DNA of 59,162 nt, the filler included, from Basidiobolus ranarum (lineage: Eukaryota), in assembly GCA_040143965.1 (NCBI GenBank). It is 8 parts of 8 records of this genome, joined end to end, with 100 filler letters (N's around TTAATTAATTAA, not from the genome) between each part and the next. Parts side by side here need not be neighbours in the genome. Positions count along the whole stretch, not along the records: positions 1 to 7,325 come from JASJQH010008015.1; positions 7,426 to 14,748 come from JASJQH010008016.1; 6 more parts are not named here. One strand, 5' to 3'. The notes under the pieces are model-generated. The model searched no databases. It saw only the letters and a program-made list of their open reading frames with translations, and was not told the DNA's origin. Positions within the stretch are counted from its first letter, which is position 1; every line of letters begins with the position of its first letter. Below, in pieces: positions 1 through 12,496 of this stretch. A program made the position numbers and the translations under genes.

Positions 1-3000
1 ATCTCAATTACATGGTAGGCATATTCTTCCTATTCTGTGACTTTACTCAGTGTCAAGGGACCCGTTGAGGGTTGAACCTGGATTCCGTCCTGACACAAAT
101 CACTGAGTAGATTGCCACTTACATTAAGAAGGCCATCAACTCTAAGATAGCTGATAACGTAGTTGTTCTTTGCCATGTTGGTGCTTCAGCCTCGGAGCCA
201 TGCGGAAGCGGGAATAGCCCAAGGGCCTGTACGACCAGCCCTAATCGGCCCAATATTTAGTCTGGCGGTTCGGTTCCTTTGCTAATTTAAGAATTATTCA
301 GCCGATAATAAAAATGAACAAAATGATTGAGTTTCTTATGCTAGAGTAAGTTACTTCAATTGTACGAAGTTCTAATTATTGAGTTTTCAATTAATGTTAA
401 TAGAAGAACTAATATCATCAGAAATAATTGATTTGTTTTGTTAATTGATAGGGGCTGCTAACCCAAAATTTCAAAAGTTGTGGAAGATTTTAAGAACTCT
501 CGGTCTGGCATGGACATTTCTCAATATTTAAGACGTTTAGGACCACTTATTACAAAGACGAGCAACCATTCTCTCGTAGCAAGCACTACGGGCAAAGTAA
601 CAAGATATACTTTTTTATAGAGACCCAGCTACCACGAATGCAAACCAATCTCCAATCTGCTAACACTGGAAGCATCTAATCTTAATATAGTGGTCAGTCA
701 GCAGGATTTTGATTTATTTCCAGTTCGAGACTCTTAATAAACCCTTAAGTTCTACAGTTTCAAAGTAATAAACCAAGAATGTTACCGATATTTGAGGGTA
801 CTCATGGGTGTTTCTCGTTACAATCCGGATTAATTTTACCCAATTTTCCCACAATCACGGTGTGGTGAAGAGCTTAACTCATCTCGATAGGTTTCAAGAG
901 TTTTCCTGAGATTCCGCATCAATGTTACGTCTAACTGGTTAAGGCTATATGGTTATAGTTCCCATCTTGATTCAGCATATTGACCCCCATGTAATTTAAA
1001 AAAGTCCGTTACAAATATTCGCGTATTTTGGCATGTGGATATGGTCATCATTATTAACGATGCTTCAAAATTAATTCCCACTAGAGGTATTACCCGCTGA
1101 CATTTGCATACACCATTTTCAATTACTATTGGCACATTGCCTAAGACGACCTCATCGAACTTCCACTCGATCAAATGGGGAGTTTCAACGTGCAGAGTTT
1201 ATTCCCATGCTGCCGGACAAGTGAGAACTAATCTTGATCAAACTCAAGTTGATTGCATCTGAAGTTTCTAGGATTTACCATGTGGTGTAGATTAGAATAC
1301 TATCTGCGTTAAGGTTCATCATTGTCAATCGAACTTTTAGCCATCGTGTTTAGCACACAATGGAAGAGACTGGTAGATGGCTTGTTGGCTAGCTTATGCT
1401 CGCTTTGGAGATACTGAGGATTATTGCTGCAATTAACTCTGAAGCTTTTCCTCGGTACCGGCAACCATGGACTGAGGAATATCCGACCCAACGTTACGCC
1501 TGGAATCCTGGACAATTCATTGGAATTGATATCACTTGCTTTCATTATGTAAACATGGGATTTATCTCACCATCGCTACAACCTAATCCCAGGAAGTAGT
1601 AGCCCACCTGACACCATACTTTCCTGGAATGAATGCATGAAAATGGGGATGTGTATGTAACCGTCGAAGAGAATTTTCTCAGTCATGTATCGCTATCAGG
1701 GAAGATTTCGTATCTCTAATGGTTACGCTTGGTGACTTATTATGAAAGACGATTTGGTGTGTGCATACGATAGAAATCCTGAGGCACTTTGAATTCCGTG
1801 TGAAATTGAATCGATTCGTTGCCTTATTATGGTAAATTGAACGTTACTGAAAGCTGGGTTCGTACCACCCTCTGGCATAGAATCATGGGATGTTGAACGG
1901 TAAAGGTTGGGATAATCTACATGTTACATGCAGTGTGAATATTGGTTCACCAATGAATCCAACTGGCCTTTGTGAATTCCTACCATCTCATGACGCGATT
2001 CCAAGGTCACTGTGAGAGCTCACCTGAAACACGGATGGATTTCTCAATTGACTGTAGCTGAATTCCAGGATCACTCCGATTCTAAGGATTGCGCAGAAAG
2101 TCGAGCATGCTAGCGGTTGGTGTGTTACCGAATACACCATAAGATGTAGTTGTGTCAAGTACTATCCAGTATGAGTCTAGAATGCCCCCTAGCACTTGTG
2201 ATGGCTGAGGTACGTAGAGGTTTCCCCGCGTAGCCATTACGGCTTTCTTGTTCACTAATAAGATGTAATTCATAAAAATCCTTGATGGCGGTTGTATTAC
2301 CTGTAGACCTGGTATTGGCCAAAGACGCCCATTGCATCTCATTATTCGTATGATAAAGGATGCATTGTCATCAGGTGATGATATATTAGTCACAGCGAGT
2401 GAATGCTCATTCTCAACCCTAGGGTAGATATAGTGCGGGTTTAAGTCTTGTGCCACCCAGGAAGTTGAGAACCTTCTGTATCAAAGAACACCTTCAAAGA
2501 TGGCAAAGCACTTCTCGATATTCGGCAACGAATACTGCACTGAAATGGATTCTTGGGACTCATTGGTTGAATACAAACCCGAGAAACCATCGACGTTTAA
2601 TTTACATAGTCTGCCATTGTTAGGATCTAGCTGATAACGGGATTCATAAAGGCTATGTAGCACAGGTTTCAGTTTCTATTTTCTACATTGAATGCTTCTT
2701 ATTCAGTTGTCTTGCACCATGATCGACGCTATTAAGTGGGCCCAATAAGCGTCGCAGAAATCCATATTAGTCAAGAAATTCATGAATTTGGTGCTCCTGA
2801 GCAATATGCATTTGGAATGAACAAAACGGAATTAAACTACTAGGTTAAGATTGGGGTGTCTTCTAATTGCAACCTCAAGGTCACGAGATGTAACTGTAGT
2901 ATCCATTCAATCTGCTGAAGATGGTAATCCCTAAGGTTATCTTGAAGACGAAATCCTGTACGAAGAGGGGCATCGTACCAATTGGGCGATTAACAAAGGT

Positions 3001-3143
3001 TGCAACGATAACAAATATGTAAGAGCTCGTGAACTAGAGGTGCGAAAACTGTGGCCTAGTACCACTTACTTTGTATAGAAAACTGAATATTTTCTAAGGT
3101 GGTGAGAATGTTTTAGTGGCCTTAGAATCGACTAACCACAGAG

Positions 3144-3150
3144 TATAAAA
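3144..3150 (+). promoter_or_regulatory. Putative TATA box of subtilisin gene
   Basis: TATAAAA about 100 nt upstream of ATG 3248, followed by a pyrimidine-rich leader. Confidence 0.5.
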
Positions 3151-3247
3151 ACCGTGGAGGTCGGTTCATGAAAAGACAAGTTTTCTTCTTCGTTAATCCT
3201 TCTCAGTTCTCTCTACGGTACTATTCCTTGAGCATCTTATTTTGAAA

Positions 3248-5865
3248 ATGAGATTCCAACAACTATTCCTATTGTCCACCCTTTTGATGGCTGATTATGC
3301 CCTTGGTAGTAGACCTACAGGGGTTCTCAAGAGTCTTCCCGCGGATTTCGGTACTAGCACTACCTCTGTCGTGCCTGACGCTTATATCGTCGAATTCTTC
3401 GAGGATGGTGCTAAATCCACCGTTCGGGATCAACTCTTTTCCAATCTTAAGGAGCAAGGAATCGTTTACAAGGAACGTACCACTTTCTCAGACTCGTTTA
3501 ATGGTGTCTCAATAAATGTAGATTCTCAGCATGCTGATTTCTTGGCCTCCGTTCAAGGAGTTAAAGCCGTTTGGCCAATTGTATGTATCTTACGTAGTTC
3601 GTATAGCTTGATTTGAGTTTCATCACTAATAAGCATCTTCTTTAGACTCAACACAAGAGAAGCGCCGCCATTGATACTAGTAAAATCTATGGCTCAGGAA
3701 GCCTACCCGCGAATCTCATCTCATCTCCTCACGTCATGACTGGAGTTGATAAAATTCATCAGAAACTCAAGAATACCGGTGCTGGCATTAAGGTTGGTGG
3801 CATCGATACTGGTATTGATTATACCCATCCTGCTCTTGGTGGCTGCTTCGGCAAAAACTGCAGAGTCCAGTACGGTTATGATTTCGTTGGTGATGCCTAT
3901 AACGGTGATGTCGGATCTCTTAAGGGAGATAGCGACCCTAAGGATTGCCAAGGTCACGGTACTCACGTTGCCGGTATCATTGGAGCCAATGATAAAAGCT
4001 TTGTTGGTGTTGCTCCTGATGTCACTCTTGGTGCCTATAAGGTGTTTGGTTGTGATGGTGGTGCCCCCACTGATATGATTATCAAGGCTATTGAACAATC
4101 GGTGGTTGACAAAATGAATGTCATTAATCTTTCATTAGGCAGCTCTCTCCCTTATCCCGATGATCCTATGACCAGAGCTCTTAACAAAGCATCTGATGCT
4201 GGTGTGGTCGTAGTCGTTGCTGCTGGTAATGACGGTATGAATGGTCTCTGGACCATTGGAAGACCTTCCACCGCTGTTAAATCTATCGCCGTTGCTTCCT
4301 TTGATAATGTCAAATATCCTGGACAAGCATTCACCATCAATGAAGATAAAAATAAGAAATTCGTTGCCGGTTATGAAGGTACTGAGGCAGTTACTTTCAA
4401 GAACACTCCCTTTGCTATCGCCAAAACCGGTGGCTGTTCTCCTTTGAATGAAGACCTTACTGGTAAGGTTGTTCTATTCTTCAAAGCTGAATCTTGCGAT
4501 TTGACTGTCAAAGGAGTTAACGCTCAAAATGCTGGGGCTGTTGGTGCCTTCGTTTACTCCAGTACTTTTGGAGCTTACGTTGCCACTACCATGGATCCCA
4601 GTCTCAAGATCCCCTTGATGGGTCTTCAAGCCAGTGATGCTGCTTACTTGAATGATCTCTACACTAAGAATAAGGACCTTACTATCTCATTCGATACCGT
4701 CCAAAAACTTTACGACAATCCCAATGGTGGTAAACCTTCTTCCTTCACCTCTTGGGGTCCCGATTTTGAATTGAACTTCAAACCTGATGTTGGTGCCCCA
4801 GGTGGTATCATTTACTCTACCTTCCCCATTGCTAAGGGATCTTATGCCCATTTAAGGGGTACCTCTATGGCTTCCCCATATACTGCCGGATCTGCCGCTC
4901 TGGTTCTCAAGGCTAAAGGTCTCATCGAACCCTCAGTGGTTCGTACTCTTTTACAACACACCTCTCAACCTGTCAGAGAGCTCAACTTCAAGGGTCTCAC
5001 CTCAGCAGGCAAGCAAGGTTCTGGTTTGATCAATGTCTGGGATGCTATTCACACCACTACTTTTGTTTCCCCTGCTAAGTTCTCCTTGAATGATACCACT
5101 CACTTCAACGGAATTCATACCTTCACTCTCAGCAACAATGGCAAGAAATCTATCACTTATGCCATCGATCACTACCCTGCCGTCTCAGTTAATGGCTATG
5201 ACAAGAATGGCTACCCCGCCCTTCAAAATGGATTTGTTCTTTCAGGAGCTGGTGCTTCAGCTAAGGCTTCACCATCCACTGTTACCGTACGTCCAGGTCA
5301 AAGCAAGAAGGTCAAAGTCACCCTCACCCCACCACGTTTCGATAAAAAGGATCTATGGATCTATTCTGGCTATGTCAACTTCAAGCCATTGAATACCAAA
5401 GACAACGTTGTTCGCGTTCCCTATGCTGGTGTTGCTGGTGATCTCCACAGTGTCAAAGTGATTGACCTCAAGGGTGAGAGACAGCCCACCGTTGTTTCTT
5501 ATATCACCGGTCTTCCAAAGGATGAGTATACCTTGGTTGGTGCCGATGTCCCTCGTATTAGCTTCCCATTGATCCATGCTACCAAATACCTTTCCATTGC
5601 CTTGGGTGACGCTAAGGGACAAGAGGTTGGTCTTCTTGGATTAGTTGAAGGTGGTTTCTCTCGTAACTACCCTGGTACCACTGTGAAGATCGCCTTTACC
5701 GGCACTATTACCGTTGTCAAGGATGGTAAAGCACAAGAAGTTCAAGCACCCTCTGGTACTTACACTGTTATCGTAAAGGGACTTAAGCCATTCGGTAGCC
5801 CCAACAAGCCTTCCGACTTCGACACCTGGGTTTCTAAGCCTTTCGCTGTTAAGCGCAAGAACTAA
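3248..5865 (+). CDS. Secreted S8 subtilisin-like serine protease (signal peptide, I9 propeptide, S8 domain with PA insert, Fn3-like C-terminus), about 850 aa
   Basis: Exon 1 3248-3580; intron 3581-3645 (GTATGT...CTAAT...TTTAG); exon 2 3646-5865 stays in frame. Catalytic motifs IDTG, HGTHVAG, AAGN, GTSMASP. Confidence 0.95.
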
Positions 5866-5992
5866 TTTATTTAGATTATTTATATCAATATTGAAATCAT
5901 AATACAGTAATCGTTTTTGCATTACATAGTATAGTGCTTAATTTAAAATGAGATGAATTAAATTAATCAATTAGATATTTCATAAAATAAAT

Positions 5993-7070
5993 GGGACTAT
6001 CGCAAAAAATTGGAGATCAGTGAACAAACCAAATTAGAAATAGCAATTCTTTTTCTAGACACATGGCAAAAGAAGAAGTGTTCGAAGACTTTCTCTGTAT
6101 CAAATGCTTCGTGTAGCGATAACCGATTGTTTGCTCTTTACGTTAGTCGACTGTTGCTAGCTGACGACATACCCTTTCTTTTATACTCGGTGGAGAGAAG
6201 ATCCTTCAATCTGCAAAAACCTTCTGGTCTTTCCCCATTTGAGCGCAAGTTAAAATGGGTATGTCTAAGGTTCAAAGTAGCAGCCAGGTCACGATTCCAA
6301 AGACAGTGGTGAGAATCTTCAGTACTCTCCTCAGTAGTATTGGCCACGACCTTTAAACATTGTTGGTTTTTGAACCTGAACAGAAATTAGGTTTGATTTT
6401 TTACTTGCATATAAAAAGCGTTTACCTTAAAAGGCCACAATAGGGTACTTTTCTCTTTTGTGTGGTCTAGGATTTTGAACCTTTTGAAACTTTTCCAGTT
6501 CACCGTTCTGGCAAGTAGGGTACAGACTTGAGGTTATAAACTCGTCAAGGAGGTATTGCTGGAGGCCTTCTTTGGCTATCATTTTTCTCATTCTGACGTC
6601 TCTGTTGGGTTCATGATACTGTTCATTTCCAGCCAACCAGTCACCAAGTATTATTATAGTGCCCTTCCCAAACTTCTCTTGAAGATTTTTGGCAAGCCAT
6701 TTGTCTGATTGTAGTTGGTTAATGAAACTCGAGAGCTTCGTTTTTCTAGAAGGTAACAAACCGCTGGTACGCCAGTCTTCTCCTGCAAGGTGATCTTCAT
6801 TTGAGCTATATGCTCCCATGACTGGAGTGACCTTGGCTTTTTCTTGAAGATACTTGGCAAACTTGTCTTTGTTGGCAGTTGAAGATTTAAAATGTGACAG
6901 GGAAAGCTCAGCTGTGATGACTTGATCTGTCTTCATGTTCTCTCTGAGCTTCCTCAATTTTTTGTATTTTGTTTCAATTACTTTTTGGTTGTTTGTGTAT
7001 TGGTAAACCATTTTGTTTTCAGCTGTACTTTCTCTGTGCATACAATACAGCAAGTTGTGACATCTGTGGG
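5993..7070 (-). mobile_element. Decayed Fanzor (eukaryotic TnpB-like RuvC nuclease) element remnant with a spliceosomal intron
   Basis: Motifs LLYCMH, ILGDW..G..YHEP, LLDEFITSS, NPRP, GLLR, LWNRDLAATLN, GERPEGFCR. 50-nt intron 6376-6425. RuvC-I Asp missing (5' truncated), two Zn-finger Cys replaced (Y, F), one frameshift. The element end near 5993 is inferred from a composition change. Confidence 0.85.
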
Positions 7071-7090
7071 TAGGGTTAGCCTAACCCTAA
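7071..7090. repeat. Head-to-head telomeric repeat junction TAGGGTTAG-C-CTAACCCTAA
   Basis: Perfect 9-bp inverted TTAGGG-type repeat exactly where Fanzor coding similarity stops. Confidence 0.8.
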
Positions 7091-7325
7091 GTTTGTGTTG
7101 GAGAATCTTGACATAATGGGGGTAGACTTTGGGTATTAGAAGCAACTTATGATAGTGTGTTTTAGTTACTTTATTCTTTAGAGTATATGGTGACCTATAT
7201 AGTAGAAAAGTAATTCAATTGTTTGAGATATTCAGGAGTTTGTGTAATAAGATATAATAGATAAGTGGGGGTAATAAGACATACTTGTTATATAGATATA
7301 GAGATATTCCTATTTAGAATATAGG

Positions 7326-7425
7326 NNNNNNNNNNNNNNNNNNNNNNNNNNNNNNNNNNNNNNNNNNNNTTAATTAATTAANNNNNNNNNNNNNNNNNNN
7401 NNNNNNNNNNNNNNNNNNNNNNNNN
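7326..7425. other. Artificial contig-joining spacer
   Basis: 44 N + TTAATTAATTAA (stops in all six frames) + 44 N. Confidence 0.99.
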
Positions 7426-8193
7426 TAAGAGCGGGAATTACGACCACTATAATCGGCTACTTATGGGGCAATGTTGGTACAGTATGATTGATGGAATGGA
7501 ACTCCTTGGTTTTCTAGAAATATTGATGCTGATATACGAAATGTGTGAAATCATAATTGGATGCTATGGCATTGCTATAGTGGGGAAGATCAAGACTGGT
7601 AAAAGCAGTTTTCTGCAAAATCTCGGATTCAATGCTGAAGCATCAGCGGAGAAAGCCACCGAACATATCAGGGCTTATCAACCTCCCATGAAGAACAACT
7701 TCTTAGGGTTAGCCTTGACGAGCGGTCGGAAGTGATACAAAAGTCGATATTTTACAATACCAATATGGCAGGTGCATATATATTCATTGCCGACATAATG
7801 ACTATCAGGAGTAGGGAGTTCATAGAAATGCTCGAAAACCACATGTTAAATTACCGTAGCAACTGTAGATGCATCATATTTTTGAACAAGGTTGACACCT
7901 GGCTTGAAGACGTTTTAACGGATCCGGCGTTTGATGTTGACAAAGCAATTCAAAAAAAGATACGCGGTCTCAAAATGGACTTTTTGAAATTCAGATGTGG
8001 TGAACCATCATATCTACAGATATATCCATCATACTTCAAGAAGAAATCCGCCATAAGGCAGGAAAATGCTGAAATGATGTGTTTAATGAGGAAATATGCT
8101 ATTTTAGATTCCAGGGGGGCTATGGAGAAAATTCAAATTATGCTGAATGAGGATGATGTGGAATGTGATGTAGCTTCCTTCAGATATCAGTGA
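7426..8193 (+). pseudogene. 3' part of a P-loop GTPase-domain gene, frameshifted, G3 motif absent
   Basis: G1 IAIVGKIKTGKSS and G4 IIFLNKVD lie in different frames. The frame switch is at TTAGGGTTAG (7703-7712), where DxxG is expected. The reading frame is open to the contig start. Confidence 0.7.
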
Positions 8194-8204
8194 ACCTTAA
8201 ATAG

Positions 8205-8249
8205 TATTGCTTGAATCATTACTGCTTGAACCATTACTGCTTGAATCAT
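8205..8249. repeat. 15-bp tandem repeat x3
   Basis: TA(T/C)TGCTTGAA(T/C)CAT three times. Confidence 0.85.
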
Positions 8250-8350
8250 TGACGTAATATGAGTGCTAAACTGCCCTCCACTTGAGCACTTGGGAAATTT
8301 CAACCGAATTTGACTTCTGCTTACCAGAAATAAACAAGCTAGCATCTATA

Positions 8351-8510
8351 TCAATATCCAATTTAAACTATGTTGAGTGATGTTGCTCTTTCAATATCCA
8401 ATTTAAACTATGTTGAGTGATGTTGCTCTTTCAATATCCAATTTAAACTATGTTGAGTGATGTTGCTCTTTCAATATCCAATTTAAACTATGTTAAGCAA
8501 TGTTGCGCTT
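8351..8510. repeat. 40-bp minisatellite x4
   Basis: TCAATATCCAATTTAAACTATGTTGAGTGATGTTGCTCTT, three identical copies plus one variant, no spacers. Confidence 0.95.
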
Positions 8511-9957
8511 TGTCCAACAACATCAAGATTCCATTATCTAGATGTTTTTCACAAATCTCCATTTCGATTTCCATGTACCGGTTTTGACTTAGACAGCCTA
8601 CTTAACGCTGCGTGACTATCAAAGGATCTGATGGGCTAAATACACATCCAATATATCCATTTGAGCTTGAATTTCTCTTTATTTTCTCCGTTTGGTAAAG
8701 ATGAGTATCTTGATGTAATCATTGCTAATATAGCTCATACTTAGACATGTTTCAAGTGCCAAGTATCTAAAAAATGCCAAGGTTTACTAATTAGCATCTT
8801 TCACGCTTGCCATAATTGCTTTTTATTTTGTCACCAATTGTTTAAAACTTTTGGTACAATTATTATGAGGGATATCCACTGTGTTACTAAAGTAATTAGT
8901 GCTCAGAGCCACTACTCAAGCTAGAAAATTTGTACTGGTGAAATTATGCTAATTACTTTAGGGCTGATTTAAGCAGTAACAAACTCATCTGTTGGCAGGC
9001 AGCCAGTAAGCCAGAAATTTCTTGTAAGCATATCAGTCTAGAGCAAGAAGGTTCACCAGTAACAATATGAGCTGTTCAAGGTTTGTGAGCATATATGTCC
9101 AGAGAAACAAAATATGCATCAATGTTTGATATGATCAGCACCAAAAATGGTATTATCTTGCTATTACTGCTAACATCTTGCTTTATAGCCAAGATAACTG
9201 GGACGTGTAGCATCAAGTCATAAAAGAAAAAGCTGGTCCAGTAGCTTTCAAGCTCACGTGAAATACAGTTTCATTATCAGAACCGGGCTAGAACAACTTT
9301 TCTGGCAGAACATCAAATTTGTCAACTTATGGTGTATCACTCCATCCTTTCCTACTCATACTCTTTTCATCGTATTTCATGTTGGCTAAGGTTATCTTTC
9401 AAAGACATCTTAGATCATGTGATCTTGATTTCAAAGATATCCTATTTCTTACTACCATGAATTTTCATTTCATTTTAGCATATCTTCATCGATTGACAAG
9501 CGCATTTCATTATCGTTTCGTAATGACTTGGTCTACACTAAGGAATAAAAGTAAAGAGCAACCTCAAACGCAATCTAGGACTCGCAATCTAGGACTCGCA
9601 GTACAACTGCTATTTTTTCGCCACTATTTGATTTGATCAAGATACCTATAATGCAGTTGAAAACTCACTAACCATCCAAGCATCTAAGTCACCTATACCA
9701 AACACTTCAGCTCAAATGATTGATTAATTGCCAATGGTTACTAATGAAGATTTATTTTGGAATTGCCAACACAATTATCAGCTAATACCAAGCAGTTAAC
9801 TATGTCACAAGAAAAGTAATTTGTTAAAAGAAAAAAGAAATACCGCTATCTAATAACCACCAAATATACAGCATAATTCAATTAACAGAACTGAACTGAG
9901 CTGCATTTATTACTACAAAAACCAAGAAAATTCCTATCCAGGACACACTTAGTTCAA

Positions 9958-10800
9958 CTAAAATTTCCCATGGATCTCTTGGTCTTTTTGGATCAACTTA
10001 GTGAGGTGTGCCTCAGCTTCATGGCGAGACATTTCGCGCAATTCAACCAGGGCATCTTGGTAATGAGTCCAGAACTTTCTTTCCTTATCCATGTTTGTCC
10101 AGCTTCCTCTGCGCTTGCTAGTGTCTCTTAGTAAGACGGCGCGCTTGACCATCTGATGAGTGACAGGGTAGCCTTGTGGTAGTAGAGTTCGGGTTAATTG
10201 TTTACCATCGAATTTACGATGGTGACGATGGCTCATACGAGCTCCGATAACCTTATTGCGAATAGCAGCACGTTCTAGCACGTAAAGAGTTTTGATCCAT
10301 GCTAAAACACGCTCACGTCCATGTCGGCTGCTTAGGACACTCTCAGGGAAGACGTTCCAACTACGGATCATAGCCAAAATCACTTGATCATCGTTGGGAA
10401 GGAAGTAGGAAGATTGAGGAGAGTGAAACTGTCTTAGTGCCATGGTGCGAGCTTGTTGATGATAAGGTGAGCACAGTACGGTCCAATGATGGGGAAGATT
10501 ATCGACGGATTTAGGAGTCACACCTTGGCTCTGTAACGTTAGATCGTCTAGTTGCTTGCAAGTCTCTAGGAGTGTGGAGTACAATTCGGTGGATTGTTTC
10601 CGGTCTTGAACTATCTCTCGGAATTCCTGCTTGGTAGGTAGGTTGATTTTACTGACGAATTGGAGAAGCTCCTGGTGGGGATCAGCCTCTTCAACATTAG
10701 TTTCCGATTGGAGTGTTGGCACCTGTTCAATCTCAACCTCGGCGTCAGCGTAGTGAGGGAATTTGTGGAGAGTCTGGGTTTCCAACATAAGATTCGACAT
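9958..10800 (-). CDS. Hypothetical 280-aa protein, intronless
   Basis: Long clean ORF, higher GC than flanks, TATAAAAG about 55 nt upstream on the minus strand; no family recognised. Confidence 0.75.
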   Translation of the reverse strand: MSNLMLETQTLHKFPHYADAEVEIEQVPTLQSETNVEEADPHQELLQFVSKINLPTKQEFREIVQDRKQSTELYSTLLETCKQLDDLTLQSQGVTPKSVDNLPHHWTVLCSPYHQQARTMALRQFHSPQSSYFLPNDDQVILAMIRSWNVFPESVLSSRHGRERVLAWIKTLYVLERAAIRNKVIGARMSHRHHRKFDGKQLTRTLLPQGYPVTHQMVKRAVLLRDTSKRRGSWTNMDKERKFWTHYQDALVELREMSRHEAEAHLTKLIQKDQEIHGKF

Positions 10801-11799
10801 GATAGTATTTGTGATTGTTAACTTTTGAAATAGAAAAGGAGAGCAATCCGGCTTTTATAAGAGTTCTACAGTTGAAACGGGAAACCAAGCACTGCCAAGG
10901 AAGTCAGATTGATCTATTGTAGAAACTTGATTATCAGCAACTGAAGTGGCACAGTACTCTGTATTGACCGCTTGTATAGGTTATTTGACATTAGCTTATG
11001 TATTTAGTTCTTGTATGGCAGGATCTTGCATCGCTGTTACGTCAACTCCCAGATTGGGATTTCCATATTTAAAAATGTCCCCGTTTTTATTACAGCTATT
11101 TAGCTCTGATTGGATTGAACGACCAAACAAAAAAGCCGCATCCAACTGACACCAAGGTAACATTACTTAAGAAAGTGCTAGAGGAAGAAAGTGACAATTG
11201 TAAGGGCTTTTTAATATTAGTGAAAGAATGTTTCCTCATTGCACTTGACTCCCCAAGCAATATGAATATTTAATCACGATCTCACTTCTCATTGCATAGG
11301 TTAACCGCGTGGAAATGATGGTCAATTACGTCCATTTTTAGAAGTCTTCACGTTAGGACCAATACAAATGTTTACTGAATCAATTGCTTTTCGAATCCAA
11401 GGAATAGTCTTCGTAATTAATCTTAATATGGAAGGTTGGTATTGCTATAAGCCGTAAGGAGAAGGATCGAGAACCAGCTGGAAAATGTTGTCATAAATAA
11501 TAAACAAATTGTTTAAACTTAAGCCAGAACACCTTTTACTTGATTAGAATTTGTTCATACAATATGTCAAGCTGAAACTCTTTTGATGAGTTAGATTTAA
11601 GTTACAGGTAGATACCACTCCACCCGACTGATAAATTCTTTAATAAGTGCTATCTAAAGGTACCAATTTGTAGATACAACAAACTTGTGTATACAAGCAT
11701 TAACTCTTTTGCTAACACTATTGTAGGAATGTAGGATAGTAATTAGCTCAAAATATTTTTAAGAAATCGGAGCTAAAAAAGGGAAGGATTTGCATCAGT

Positions 11800-12055
11800 G
11801 ACAAATTACGACTGTACTTTACAGAATCATATATATAGCACATTCGCAGTCTTTGTTTCCCAACGAAGACACTAATACCAAGCTGGTGGATGAGTAGTAG
11901 TATGCTGTCCATAAAGGGAAGTGTGGAAATAACTTGTTTAGTTCTTCGAAGCCTCAGAGTATTTCCAGTTAATGAACTTGTCGATTGATTATTCCAACAA
12001 CCAGGCGAGGGCGGTTTGCACATTGTGACAGCTTGTAATTCTCTTAATATCATAA
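11800..12055 (-). pseudogene. Possible decayed Ulp1/C48 protease fragment (often transposon-borne)
   Basis: Across frames: WLLE*SIDKFI, TSYFHT, ILLLIHQLG(H)*CL, CYIYDS resemble the Ulp1 motifs WLND-I, HW and YDS; heavily disrupted. Confidence 0.3.
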
Positions 12056-12496
12056 AGAAAGTTCCATATCACTTGAGATATCCTGGCATTATTTACAGCT
12101 TGTTTTCAAAGCAAATATACTACAACTGATTTGAATTATCAAATGGTCTTTATGACTAGTCTTTAACTGCAAAAAATAATTAGTATTTTAGAATTTGTTC
12201 AAGATCTTAATCTGCTTGTGGTATTTAATCAGGTGGAGGTAAAAAATTATTCTCTAACTGGACCTAAATTCTGTAACTTCTCCTTGTTGTAGCGTAACTC
12301 TCCACTTCAGACCGAGTTGACTTTGCGTTCAAATTCCCTTGATTGTTGAAACTCGCATCATTCAAGCGATCATGGTTTCTAGTATCGGAAGTAAAAACTG
12401 GCGAGGTTGAGTCTCAACGCTTACTGGCATTTAAGTAAGAATATAGGATGGTTAGAAGAGAATTAATTGATAAGTCATAAATCATAAATCATATCT

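Noticed and set aside
400-2720. Chain of short minus-strand ORFs suggesting a decayed large gene
   Set aside because: Looks coding-derived, but I recognised no family motif; not called.
3269-5922. Antisense and alternative-frame ORFs over the subtilisin gene (likewise over BAT1, NmrA, HCP and P450)
   Set aside because: Shadow ORFs produced by codon bias of the real genes.
8351-8510. 40-bp repeats as a CRISPR array
   Set aside because: Units are head-to-tail with no unique spacers, no cas genes, eukaryotic context.
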